Numbered from the stretch's first letter, positions 44,104-53,622 are shown. The stretch is 56,219 bases of DNA from an uncultured Candidatus Saccharibacteria bacterium (GCA_964574405.1 CAZNNN010000002.1:1-56219), one strand, 5' to 3'. A program made the numbers and translations. The notes: generated by a model from the letters alone, not told the origin.

Positions 44104-44916
44104 ATGCAAGATGCAAATCAAAAATATATTTCTGGACTCAAGGAGTATCATCACAAACTAGAGAATTTTGTTCGGGAATCTTACCTTATTGACCCAAAAT
44201 ACCTAGAGGTTATTTCTTGGGGCTACCACACTACGGCAATTTATATTAAGGCGAACGACAATAAAGAATACCTCTTGAGGCTTGCTGACTGGAGTGAGAA
44301 AAAAGAAAAGGGCATTTTAAAGGATATCGAACTATCAAACAAGTTGCGTGGGGTTATCCCCACACCCGTATACATTAAAAACCACAGCGGTAATTATATC
44401 TGTCGATTTGAAGATAAAATTTTACGACTTTCACACTACATCTCCGGGCTTGCCCCGTTGGACATGGATTTTAATATTTTAGAGCAAATGGTTACTGTAT
44501 TAAAGAAAATCCACGCCACTACTCACGCCGATTCTCTCTGTAACGGCGTTTTACTTCATGGGGATCTAACCCCCCACAATGTTTTGGTATCCTTTGGAAA
44601 AGTTGTGGCAATAATGGATTTTGAACTGTTGTTTGTTGGACCGCGAGAATGGGATCTAGCAAGAACAGCTTTTTTTAGCTGGAACTATATGAAGAATGCA
44701 TTATTTGAACAAGTCGCTCAATTTGTACTAGAGAAATATGGCTACGACTCTATAAATTCCAACCTATTTTTTAAATACGCGGTAGAAAATGCTCAAAAAC
44801 ACCTAGATTCCGTGGAAAAACATCGTAACGACTACGATCGACAGGAAGATTGGGAAAAAGATCACGATTTTGCCACCAAGCAGATTGCTTCACTTCGTTC
44901 TTGTCCCGCCCAATGA
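44104..44916 (+). CDS. APH/choline-kinase-family phosphotransferase
   Basis: LLHGDLTPHNVLV...IMDFE (Brenner motif plus DFE). The ORF track starts at 44044 (TTG); ATG 44104 was chosen. Confidence 0.7.
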   Translation: MQDANQKYISGLKEYHHKLENFVRESYLIDPKYLEVISWGYHTTAIYIKANDNKEYLLRLADWSEKKEKGILKDIELSNKLRGVIPTPVYIKNHSGNYICRFEDKILRLSHYISGLAPLDMDFNILEQMVTVLKKIHATTHADSLCNGVLLHGDLTPHNVLVSFGKVVAIMDFELLFVGPREWDLARTAFFSWNYMKNALFEQVAQFVLEKYGYDSINSNLFFKYAVENAQKHLDSVEKHRNDYDRQEDWEKDHDFATKQIASLRSCPAQ

Positions 44917-46401
44917 TAAAGGCTTATCTTGTTCAAAATGCAAACCTAGTTTAACAGCTGTTTCCGCCTTAGCTAGCTGCCTACCCAGATCACAAGCCGC
45001 ACCAAGATCAGAGATTAGCATCTCTTTTAATGCTGTGGCGCATAAATCTCTGGCCACTTTAGGTTTTTTTCCATCCATTTTTAATGTAGTTAAAGGTTTT
45101 GTCCCATCCGGAGAAAAAAACTCGGCAATAATGTCATCGCCCTCAACCTTAATAATGTAGTAACTTCTAGGATCATAGGTACAGGTTCTAGCTAACGAGT
45201 CGTTTTTTTCTATCACCAGAGAGGCTAAATCCCAATCCCCCTCGTAAATTTCCGCGATATGGGAAATGGTGGTTAAACTACCCACATTCTTACCAATTTT
45301 GTGCGCCAACCCCTCCTGAAACTTTCTTAGGGCAAAGGCATTTAACGACCAAGCTCCGTACATATCATTATTTCTAAAAATGGCGGTCATATAAAGCGCG
45401 TTCCCCATACACTGGGCTAAAAGCATCACTAAACACGGCACTTTCCAACCTTTGGTCTGCCCCAATGCCGATATCGAGTTGCCTTTTGGCGGAAAGTTGT
45501 CTGTATTTACCTCCCACAAAACTGCTACCGCTCCCCTGTCGTAAGGAAATCGCTTTAATTTTTCCACCATAATTTTTTGCTGATCCACGCCACCGCCCCA
45601 ATTAAAAATCCGCTCACCGTAGGTATAGGACTCACTGCTATCCTCATTTTTACTAAAAAATCCCAGGTAGTAATTTTTTAGTGATTTTGCACTAAAAGTT
45701 AAGTACGGTTCAATTTTGGGCAACTTGGTGGACTCTTTTTCTATTACCACCGATAAATTTTGCACTTGTTTAACTTTTCCATACATCCCAGGCGTGTCCA
45801 CACCAAACCTCATAATAGTCTTTAAAACATCTAGCCAGGCATCGCCAATGTAATCTCTACGAATCTTAAAAACAGAAAGGTCGCTGGGAAAGCCTGATTT
45901 TAATTCCACTTTTTCCTCCGGAAATATCTGTGGCTCACCAAAGGGCTTTTCTGATGGAAGTTTTTGTACAAAATCCCGTACCTCCTCCAAAGGACGCATG
46001 ATCATGTTGTGTACAGAAATACTTCTTCTTAAAAGTTCCAAGGCCTCTGGCGGAATTTCTTTGTCTATTAACGCCTCATCATCTCCAACAATTCTCCATC
46101 CACCACCCCGGCTATTCCCAACAACCCCACTTTTAAAAAATTTAAGCAGAGCCTCCCCGCTCCCCTGCCTATCTGGTCCACAAATCACCAGATGTCTAAT
46201 TTTTGGGTTGGCTAGGATGTTCCTTAACAACGGATTAATACCTCTTTTGGTATAAAGTTGGCCACAAACACTGTACAACGGTGCTCCCAATACATCAGCC
46301 ACACTTTCTTTAGGCATCCACAGGGTAGCCACACCCACATTAGAATCAAAGTCGCTCACCAAAAGTCGGTCTTTAAAATAAATTGGCCAACTCACTTCCA
46401 C
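44890..46401 (-). CDS. Three-domain ThyA-like protein (N-terminal MtrA-like region, thymidylate synthase/dUMP-hydroxymethylase-like core, DUF4346-like C-terminus)
   Basis: The core VPCLVMLLAQC...AIFRNNDMYGAWSLNAFAL aligns with ThyA PCH...RSxD...N (catalytic Cys, Arg, Asp and Asn retained). The C-terminus reads ...ISDLGAACDLGRQLAKAETAVKLGLHFEQDKPL. Confidence 0.7.
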   Translation of the reverse strand: MEVSWPIYFKDRLLVSDFDSNVGVATLWMPKESVADVLGAPLYSVCGQLYTKRGINPLLRNILANPKIRHLVICGPDRQGSGEALLKFFKSGVVGNSRGGGWRIVGDDEALIDKEIPPEALELLRRSISVHNMIMRPLEEVRDFVQKLPSEKPFGEPQIFPEEKVELKSGFPSDLSVFKIRRDYIGDAWLDVLKTIMRFGVDTPGMYGKVKQVQNLSVVIEKESTKLPKIEPYLTFSAKSLKNYYLGFFSKNEDSSESYTYGERIFNWGGGVDQQKIMVEKLKRFPYDRGAVAVLWEVNTDNFPPKGNSISALGQTKGWKVPCLVMLLAQCMGNALYMTAIFRNNDMYGAWSLNAFALRKFQEGLAHKIGKNVGSLTTISHIAEIYEGDWDLASLVIEKNDSLARTCTYDPRSYYIIKVEGDDIIAEFFSPDGTKPLTTLKMDGKKPKVARDLCATALKEMLISDLGAACDLGRQLAKAETAVKLGLHFEQDKPLSLGGTRTK

Positions 46402-47339
46402 ACACCCTCCTCCTTAATTTGCTGTATTTTGACACCATTTTTAACTAGTAGTGACTCCCCTAGTTTACCGCCCATATAGTCCGACATGTAAAAGAGTCTA
46501 CCGATTCCACATTTAGCCAAAAGTCGCGCGCATATTACACAAGGAAAGGTTGTTAGATACACATCAGTACCCTCTAGCGACACACCCACACGGGCACATT
46601 CTGCCACTGCGTATGCTTCCGCGTGGATGGAACACACCTTTTCTATGTCTTTACCCCCATGCAAATTCTCTTTTTCTCTTATACACTCCCCATTTTTACA
46701 ATAAATCTCGCCCGGCAAAGTGGCATTCCAACCCTCCGCAACAACCTTACCGTTTTTAACCATCACGCATCCGGTTTTATATCCGCATGTGGACTTGTTG
46801 CACAGCAAACACGCCCGCTTCATATAATCGATGTTGTTGCCCACAGTAGCGGGGCGGGTCTCCCCATTGGAACAGTCGTGTGCACGGAGTTTAACTGCAA
46901 CATCCAGTGACGAGAGTTTCAGCTCTTGGTAATTGTAACAAATACCTTTCTGGTTGCGCTCCAAAAACCCCGGAACGCATGGCATAATATGAAGATGCAG
47001 ATGACCCAAGCTTTTTCCGCTACCTACACCGCCCTCTCGATATAATATATTGGAATCTTCTATACCAAAACCCTTTTTTAATAAATCAATACCCAGGGTC
47101 GTCAATTTACCAACAGCAACCCATTCCATAGCTGTAAGTTCATGGAATTTCTCAATATGTCGCCTGGGAATTATTAATACATGCCCGTCCAAATAAGGAA
47201 AAAGGTTTACGGTTAAAACCATCCCACCCTCCTCCGCAATAATATACTTATCTTTTAGGTCGCAAAAAACGCATTTATCCAGCGCGCTCACCGCCCTATC
47301 GTACCGATCACTAACCCGTGGATTACCTACTTTTGCCAT
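46392..47339 (-). CDS. Fusion of an N-terminal HIT domain and a C-terminal dCMP/cytidine deaminase domain
   Basis: HVLIIPRRH...GHLHLHIMP (HxHxHxx) followed by CSIHAEAYAV...TTFPCVICARLL (HAE...PCxxC). Confidence 0.8.
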   Translation of the reverse strand: MAKVGNPRVSDRYDRAVSALDKCVFCDLKDKYIIAEEGGMVLTVNLFPYLDGHVLIIPRRHIEKFHELTAMEWVAVGKLTTLGIDLLKKGFGIEDSNILYREGGVGSGKSLGHLHLHIMPCVPGFLERNQKGICYNYQELKLSSLDVAVKLRAHDCSNGETRPATVGNNIDYMKRACLLCNKSTCGYKTGCVMVKNGKVVAEGWNATLPGEIYCKNGECIREKENLHGGKDIEKVCSIHAEAYAVAECARVGVSLEGTDVYLTTFPCVICARLLAKCGIGRLFYMSDYMGGKLGESLLVKNGVKIQQIKEEGVWK

Positions 47340-48531
47340 TTTCTTCCTTTAATTGTCCGTTTTCCAGAAGCATAGCCTTAAATTTATCATCTTGCATGCA
47401 CTCGCCAAAAATCTCCTTTACTTTTTTATACGCCATTTTGTTAATAATAGTGGACGACGACAAAAAAGGCGACTGACGAGGTTCTAAAACCACTTTTCCG
47501 CCATAGCCTTTTACAATTTTATATTCTTCGCTTTGTTTAATACCTTTATTCCAATCTTCATCTACGGTAAAAAATACGGCGGGTTTGAGTATCTCCAAGG
47601 TTGATGCCACGGTTTCGTCATCAAAAATATACACATAGTCAACAAAGGCCAAACTAGCTAAAACATAGGCGCGAGAAAATTCGTTAATAATTGGTCGCCC
47701 GTAACCTTTTTTAGCACTAATTTTAGTGTCGCACGGAATTCCAACAATTAAAGTGTCTCCAAGTAGCGAGGCTTTTTTAATAAACCGTGTGTGCCCCACA
47801 TGCAACAAATCGTACGACCCCGAAACAAATACGGTATTTTTCTTGCCTGCTAACTCTAAAAGCTCCAAAGGATTTTTGTAAATTAGTTTTGATGGATTAA
47901 ACGCTTTAACATTATTTGGCGTCTGATTACCGTAATCGGCAGGTTTAAAATCAGAAATGGTATTAAGTCCAAAATTAATGTTTTTTGACCATAGATAAGA
48001 AGCCACAATCTCCATAAATCTAACATTAGCAATATGTTCAATTAAATCTCTAGCGCTTTTGTAGGGATTATTATCCTCCTGCACAATAAGTTTTCCTTTG
48101 TGTTTTCTAAGCAAATACCGTGCCTGGTCATCAAAATTGCCATTTTCTATTTCCTTTTGAGTAGTATAAAAAATATCCGGCTCAAGTAAAACAATTGAGG
48201 TGTGGGGCTCGCCCTCGTCTACGGTTGTTATGTAGTCAACTGACCTTAAGTAACTTAACATTTCCATTCTGGCCGACTGGTTTAGCAAGGGAAAATCCGG
48301 TCCTTTAATTTTTGTTATAGAGCGATCCGAGCACACCCCCACCACTAAAACATCCCCTAAAGCTTTAGCCTCGGATAAAAACCTACAGTGCCCCGGAGTA
48401 ATAAGTTCAAACGAGCCGGTAGTAAAAACAACCTTTTGACTCTTTTTATGAATTTTTTTCCCAAGTCTAACCAGATCTTTAAATTCAACCACCTTTGTGT
48501 GCTGTTTTTCCGCTCTTTTATGTTTTTCCAT
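47323..48531 (-). CDS. Tandem cytidylyltransferase-fold (RfaE-II/TagD-like) nucleotidyltransferase
   Basis: Two copies of the motif are present: TTGSFELITPGHCRFLSEAKALGDVLVVGVCSD and VSGSYDLLHVGHTRFIKKASLLGDTLIVGIPCD. Confidence 0.75.
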   Translation of the reverse strand: MEKHKRAEKQHTKVVEFKDLVRLGKKIHKKSQKVVFTTGSFELITPGHCRFLSEAKALGDVLVVGVCSDRSITKIKGPDFPLLNQSARMEMLSYLRSVDYITTVDEGEPHTSIVLLEPDIFYTTQKEIENGNFDDQARYLLRKHKGKLIVQEDNNPYKSARDLIEHIANVRFMEIVASYLWSKNINFGLNTISDFKPADYGNQTPNNVKAFNPSKLIYKNPLELLELAGKKNTVFVSGSYDLLHVGHTRFIKKASLLGDTLIVGIPCDTKISAKKGYGRPIINEFSRAYVLASLAFVDYVYIFDDETVASTLEILKPAVFFTVDEDWNKGIKQSEEYKIVKGYGGKVVLEPRQSPFLSSSTIINKMAYKKVKEIFGECMQDDKFKAMLLENGQLKEENGKSR

Positions 48532-48562
48532 GCTTAAAATTTGTATTTTAATACTTTGTATT

Positions 48563-50830
48563 TTAATCTTTTTTGGCTATATGCTTACGCTTTGGTCTTG
48601 CCATTTCGGCTTGGGCTTGAGCCTCGTTAGACGGTTTTTTCCAGGTAGAATACTTGCAATCAGGATAGCGACTGCACCCGTAAAAGGTGCGACCTTTACC
48701 TTTTTTCACTACTAAATCTCCCTCTTTACACTCTGGACATTTTACCCCAATCTTTACCAAAAAGGGCTTAGTTGACCTACAAGCAGGATAACGCGAGCAG
48801 GCTAAAAACTTGCCAAATCTCCCCACCCTTAAAATATAATCCCCCTCCTTGCAAACCTCACATTTACCGTAGTCTCTTGGTTCGGATGTGCTTTCTACCG
48901 CATTACCGTCTTCATCCACTAATGAGGTAATTTTTTCCTCCGTTGGTTTGGCAAAATCGCAGGTTGGATAATCCGAACAACTTAAAAACTTACCAAACTT
49001 GCCGAGTTTAAACATAAGTATTTTTCCACATTTTGGACAAAGCTCGTCAGAGTTACCTAAAAAGGTAATATCTTGTTTTTTTAACTCTGTATCTTTTTGT
49101 TTAACAATCTTTGCAAAGGGCTCGTAAAACTCTTTAATAACGGGTTGCCACTTAAGCTTACCCTCCGCTACTTCGTCTAATTGTTCTTCCATCCGCGCGG
49201 TAAAGTCGTAATCCACAATATTACTAAAGTGTTTATTAAATAAATCTATTACAACATACGCAACATCCAGGGGCTTAAAGTACCTGGCTTCTTTTTCCAC
49301 ATAGCCACGCGCCTGAATAGTTTGAATGGTGGGAGCATAGGTAGAGGGTCGGCCCACACCCATTTCTTCCAAAGCTTTAATAAGGCTGGCATCTGTAAAG
49401 CGCGCTGGTGGTTGGGTAAAATGTTGCGCCGGATCTAATTTAGCCAACTTAACACTATCCCCTTCTGCCATTTCCGGAAGTTGGTTTTGATTTTCTGTGT
49501 CATCTTCGTTGTCAGTAGCATCTGATGCCGTCGTCGAGTCCAACAAAAACACGCTTCGCGGAGTTTTCTTATGGACATCGACATCCGGCAATAGTTGATT
49601 GGATAATTCAAGCCAGCCCGCAAACTTAATAACCGATCCGTTGGCTCTAAAGCCGTATCCAGAGTCGCCCAAAATATACACGCTAGTAGCATCATAAATT
49701 GCCGGAGCCATTTGGCACTCAACAGACCTCCGCCAAATTAACGAGTACACCTTTTGCTCTTCCGCACTTAAAACTGCAATATCGGCATCCCCTGGAGTCA
49801 ACCCTATATTTGTTATTCTTATAGCCTCGTGAGCCTCCTGGGCGTTTTTGGAATTGTTTTTGTAGTAATTGGGCAATTCCGGCAAATGCGCCTTGGAATA
49901 CTTTTTTTCCACAAATGTTCTCACCGCGTCAATAAACTGGGCAGAAAGGTTTAACGAATCTGTTCTGTGATAAGTTATTAAGCCTTTTTCAAAAAGCATT
50001 TGGGCGGCTTTCATAGTTTTGTAAGCAGGAAAACCAAAAACATTGGAAGCGCTTTGCTGAAGAGTAGAGGTTTTTAGCGGAGGATAGGGGCGTTTTTGCT
50101 TTTGGGTTTTAGTAATTTTGGCTACTTTAAATTTATCGTTATTTAACACTTCAACAATTTCTTTTACCTGCGCGTGACTCTCTATCTCCAGTTTTTTATC
50201 ATTTTTCTCTAGTAAATTAGCGGAAACTTTTCCGTTTTTATGGTCAAATACTCCTTCAATTGACCAGTATTCCACCGGCTTAAAAGCTATTCTTTCGCGT
50301 TCACGCGTAACCACAATCTTTACCGCTACACTCTGCACCCTGCCGGCAGAAAGTCCAAACCGCACTTTTTTCCAAAGCAACGGTGATAATTTATACCCAA
50401 CCAGTCTATCCAAAACCCTTCGTGCCTGTTGGGCGCCCACTAGGTTAAAGTCGATCTTACCTTGATGCTCAAACGATTCCTGCACGGCGCTTTTGGTTAT
50501 TTCGTGAAAAACCGCCCGCCCATAATCTTTGTCTTTAAGCTTTAACAGCTCCTTTAAATGCCACGCTATGGCTTCCCCCTCCCTATCGGGGTCGGTGGCT
50601 AAAACAACCTTATCTGCATCTTTAGAGTATTTTTTTAACTCGGTAAGCGTTTTTTTAGCTTTGTCCGGCACTACATATTCTGGTTCAAAATTGTGTTCAA
50701 CATCCACACCCAACCCACTTTTTGGCAAATCCCTAATGTGTCCCATGGATGCGCGCACCACAAAATCCTTGCCCAAGATGGTTGAAAGAGTCTTTGCTTT
50801 AGTTGGCGACTCTACAATTACTAATTCCAT
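48563..50830 (-). CDS. topA: DNA topoisomerase I (type IA) with C-terminal Zn fingers
   Basis: MELVIVESPTKAKT Toprim start. The ORF-track start at 50848 is 6 codons upstream. Confidence 0.95.
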   Translation of the reverse strand: MELVIVESPTKAKTLSTILGKDFVVRASMGHIRDLPKSGLGVDVEHNFEPEYVVPDKAKKTLTELKKYSKDADKVVLATDPDREGEAIAWHLKELLKLKDKDYGRAVFHEITKSAVQESFEHQGKIDFNLVGAQQARRVLDRLVGYKLSPLLWKKVRFGLSAGRVQSVAVKIVVTRERERIAFKPVEYWSIEGVFDHKNGKVSANLLEKNDKKLEIESHAQVKEIVEVLNNDKFKVAKITKTQKQKRPYPPLKTSTLQQSASNVFGFPAYKTMKAAQMLFEKGLITYHRTDSLNLSAQFIDAVRTFVEKKYSKAHLPELPNYYKNNSKNAQEAHEAIRITNIGLTPGDADIAVLSAEEQKVYSLIWRRSVECQMAPAIYDATSVYILGDSGYGFRANGSVIKFAGWLELSNQLLPDVDVHKKTPRSVFLLDSTTASDATDNEDDTENQNQLPEMAEGDSVKLAKLDPAQHFTQPPARFTDASLIKALEEMGVGRPSTYAPTIQTIQARGYVEKEARYFKPLDVAYVVIDLFNKHFSNIVDYDFTARMEEQLDEVAEGKLKWQPVIKEFYEPFAKIVKQKDTELKKQDITFLGNSDELCPKCGKILMFKLGKFGKFLSCSDYPTCDFAKPTEEKITSLVDEDGNAVESTSEPRDYGKCEVCKEGDYILRVGRFGKFLACSRYPACRSTKPFLVKIGVKCPECKEGDLVVKKGKGRTFYGCSRYPDCKYSTWKKPSNEAQAQAEMARPKRKHIAKKD

Positions 50831-50859
50831 TGCTAAAGAATACCACACTTTATTCCTTC

Positions 50860-50894
50860 GTCATTGGGCGGGACAGAGCGTAGCGAAGCAATCT
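50860..50894. repeat. Repeat family A, subfamily GTCATTGG-N-GACAGAGYGTAGCGAAGCAATCT
   Basis: gtcattgggcgggacagagcgtagcgaagcaatct differs at 3 of 35 positions from the inverted copy at 53588-53622. Confidence 0.8.
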
Positions 50895-50896
50895 CG

Positions 50897-51577
50897 CTAT
50901 TCAATGATATCCTCCACGCAATTAACCAAATGTGCGCCCTGTTTAATAAGTTCGTTAGCTCCCATGCTGGTGTAAGCAAAAATGTTCCCCGGCACCACAA
51001 AAACCTCCTTACCCAACTCCAGCGCCGCTTCAACCGTGCTCATACACCCACTTTTTTGCGTAGCTTCTACCACCAAAAGCGCATCTGCCAACCCTGCAAT
51101 TAGGCGGTTTCTTTCCAAAAAAGTCCATTTTGAGGCTACAAGATACGGTTCAAAGGGCGACACTAAAAAGCCTTTTTGCGACTCCACAATCTGCCTTCCT
51201 AGCTCCTTATTACTAAAATCTCCCAATTTCATAACGCCAAATCCCAACACGCCAATGGTTACTCCTCCAACTTTTAACACCGCTCTTTGCGCCTCCTCAT
51301 CCACACCCTCTGCCAAACCGGAAACCACAGTAACACCCGCACTCACTAGTCGTGGCACAAAATCCCACACCACCTTTTTCCCGTAGTCGCCCATATTTCT
51401 ACTGCCAATCACCGCCAAACTATGTTTTGGCCAAAGCTCCGCCAAGGGCAGAGAAGCAGTCCCATCGTTTGCCAAAATGTATAGAGTTTTTGGAGGATTT
51501 TTAAGATTTTTTACTGACTCCGGAAACCGCGGATCATCAAACGGAATTTTTAATATCATACCTGCAGAATAACCCAT
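50897..51577 (-). CDS. dprA: DNA-processing protein DprA (short form)
   Basis: AVIGSRNMGDYGKKV...VVSGLAEGVDEEAQRAVL...; dprA-topA synteny. Confidence 0.85.
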   Translation of the reverse strand: MGYSAGMILKIPFDDPRFPESVKNLKNPPKTLYILANDGTASLPLAELWPKHSLAVIGSRNMGDYGKKVVWDFVPRLVSAGVTVVSGLAEGVDEEAQRAVLKVGGVTIGVLGFGVMKLGDFSNKELGRQIVESQKGFLVSPFEPYLVASKWTFLERNRLIAGLADALLVVEATQKSGCMSTVEAALELGKEVFVVPGNIFAYTSMGANELIKQGAHLVNCVEDIIE

Positions 51578-51663
51578 TCTTTTTTGGCGTCAAGACGGTA
51601 TTCTCTATTTATACTAGAGAACTGTATATTGACGACTTGGAGCACGGGTGATATTAACAAAAC

Positions 51664-51873
51664 ATGAAAAAAGAACATCTTGAGGCTGTTTACGATGTTG
51701 TAATTAATATTGCGTCCGGCTGGTTTGGAGTGGCGGTCATCAGAGATATATTCCGCACTACTGTTGGTAGATATGAGCTGTATTCTATGCTATATAATCT
51801 ACGCATAGGTACAATATATTTATTAATTGCTTTAAAAATAAAGGGGGTGACTAATGATACTTCAAAATTCTGA
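51664..51873 (+). CDS. Small hypothetical membrane protein (69 aa)
   Basis: Two hydrophobic segments; no SD. Confidence 0.3.
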   Translation: MKKEHLEAVYDVVINIASGWFGVAVIRDIFRTTVGRYELYSMLYNLRIGTIYLLIALKIKGVTNDTSKF

Positions 51874-51973
51874 CCCAAAATTACTAGTTATATTGGTGGG
51901 TGTGGGATTTTTAGTTATCGCTGGGCTGATGTATATAGCTTTCTACAGAAATCCACCCCAAAAAGTTGATTAG
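51854..51973 (+). CDS. Small hypothetical membrane protein (39 aa)
   Basis: AAGGGGG lies 7 nt upstream of the ATG. Translation is MILQNSDPKLLVILVGVGFLVIAGLMYIAFYRNPPQKVD. It is below the ORF-track size cutoff. Confidence 0.35.
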   Translation: MILQNSDPKLLVILVGVGFLVIAGLMYIAFYRNPPQKVD

Positions 51974-52040
51974 GACGCTATTTTCTAGTTTTACTAGAAT
52001 GTACTTTAATAGTGGGTTAGAAAGGAGTAAAAAAATCAAA

Positions 52041-52160
52041 ATGGATTCAGACAACGCGATGTTTATTGCACAACTTAAAGGTCAAGCTTTTGCTGTCATT
52101 TTATTGCTGGGATATATCTTTTTCTATAAAAACAAACTAACAACCAAGAAAAAACAGTAG
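52041..52160 (+). CDS. Small hypothetical membrane protein (39 aa)
   Basis: AAAGGAG lies 13 nt upstream. Translation is MDSDNAMFIAQLKGQAFAVILLLGYIFFYKNKLTTKKKQ. Confidence 0.3.
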   Translation: MDSDNAMFIAQLKGQAFAVILLLGYIFFYKNKLTTKKKQ

Positions 52161-52368
52161 TGAGAGTTGATATAAATTAATTATGTGTTTTTTTCAACTC
52201 TAAAACCAAAGTAAGCAATAATAGCCGAGGCTATCAGCGATATAGTTAAAACCTTAATAAGAGGAAAGTCTGGATAAATTAGTACCAGCGTGGCTAAACC
52301 ACCCCAAACAACTATTATTATTCCCGCCATCGATGGGTTTAGTTAATAAAATAAGATCTTTAATCATG

Positions 52369-52969
52369 TTATCTACCGCCTAGTATACCGCGAATTTTAT
52401 AGTATATGCTGTCTTCGGAGTTACCAAGTTCTCCAATCCAACTGCTTACAAACTCTAAGACATTTTCCGTTTTATTACATTTTTGGTTATTTTCCTCTTT
52501 TTCTACCAGATACTTTGGGTCAAGCTCTTTTACTATTTTTTGAAAAACCTTCCTTACAAACCGCTCTTTGGGTTCCAGATAGAGCATTATAGGATTTAGA
52601 TATCTGCGATGTTCTACCAAATACAAACATTCTCTCTGGAAGTTTTAATTTAAATTTCTCCCCCATCCGCATAATCTCTATAAAGAAATCTGTCATATCG
52701 ATTTCGTCGCCTAATTCGTACCCTCTTAAATAATCCAACTCGTTATAGGTAGCTTGTTTAAAATCTTTGATTAATTGGGGGATGTTAGCCTGACGGGGCG
52801 AGTAAATCGCGTCAACAACTCTTGCGATTATAGATACCACTAAAAAGTCGATAAATAGTTTAGACTTTAACCCCTCTTTCTGGATTTTTATTACTACATT
52901 TTGCCCCTTGTAAACCCCTTGGTACACTTGGGCAAATGATCCGCAAGCAAACGGCGCAAGTTTAACATA
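52369..52969 (-). pseudogene. ABC1/UbiB-family kinase remnant (N- and C-terminally truncated, frameshifted near 52620)
   Basis: LAPFACGSFAQVYQGVYKGQNVVIKIQKEGL...ELDYLRG is the ABC1 signature. The reading continues in another frame (YLVEHRRYLNPIMLYLEP). The ORFs at 52520-52927 and 52369-52626 overlap out of frame. Confidence 0.6.
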
Positions 52970-53034
52970 CTACACAAACGCGGGTATTTAGTATCAGCGC
53001 CATCTGCCGACGCAGGTGGCTTGCTGTACTTCGG

Positions 53035-53589
53035 ATGAAGTATAATAACCATATGATTTTAGAAATAGTTAAATATCCAAGTCCAATATTGACTCAAAAA
53101 AGTCAAAAGGCTCTGTTTGGTAAAGAGCTGGAGAATTTAGTGCAAAATATGCTAGACACTATAAACTCCTTTAAAGACCCCCAAGCGGCGGGACTTTCTG
53201 CCATCCAAGTGGGTATTCCGCTACGAGTTTTAATTGCACGGGATTATATTGTAAATCCATCCCATAACAAAGTACCGGAAAGTGTAGCATTTAACGATTA
53301 TATTTTAATTAATCCTAAATTTGTAAGCTTTTCTAAAGATGAGGAACTGGACTGGGAGGGATGTTTAAGCTTTCCTGACCTTTACGGTAAAGTTTGGCGG
53401 GCAAAGAAGATTAAACTCAAATACCAAAATTTGCAGGGCTACGACCAAAGGCTTACTGCCACAAACTTTTTAGCACGCGTAATTCAACACGAGATGGATC
53501 ATTTGGACGGAATTACTTTTAACACCAAGATTGTGGGGAAGATGTGTAAGGGCAATGAACTTGAGAAAGGGGCAAAAATAGCGGATTAG
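53035..53589 (+). CDS. def: Peptide deformylase
   Basis: GLSAIQVG, EGCLSFP and HEMDHL. An alternative start is at 53053. Confidence 0.95.
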   Translation: MKYNNHMILEIVKYPSPILTQKSQKALFGKELENLVQNMLDTINSFKDPQAAGLSAIQVGIPLRVLIARDYIVNPSHNKVPESVAFNDYILINPKFVSFSKDEELDWEGCLSFPDLYGKVWRAKKIKLKYQNLQGYDQRLTATNFLARVIQHEMDHLDGITFNTKIVGKMCKGNELEKGAKIAD

Positions 53590-53622
53590 ATTGCTTCGCT
53601 ACACTCTGTCACGACCAATGAC
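53588..53622. repeat. Repeat family A copy (inverted orientation), bridging the def stop and the fmt start
   Basis: The reverse complement is ggtcattggtcgtgacagagtgtagcgaagcaatct. Confidence 0.8.

Noticed and set aside
52261-52273. GAGGAAAGTCTGG, resembling the RNase P RNA P4 motif GAGGAAAGTCCGG
   Set aside because: The following sequence does not match any other conserved RNase P region, and the surrounding free space (under 200 nt) is too small for an RNase P RNA.
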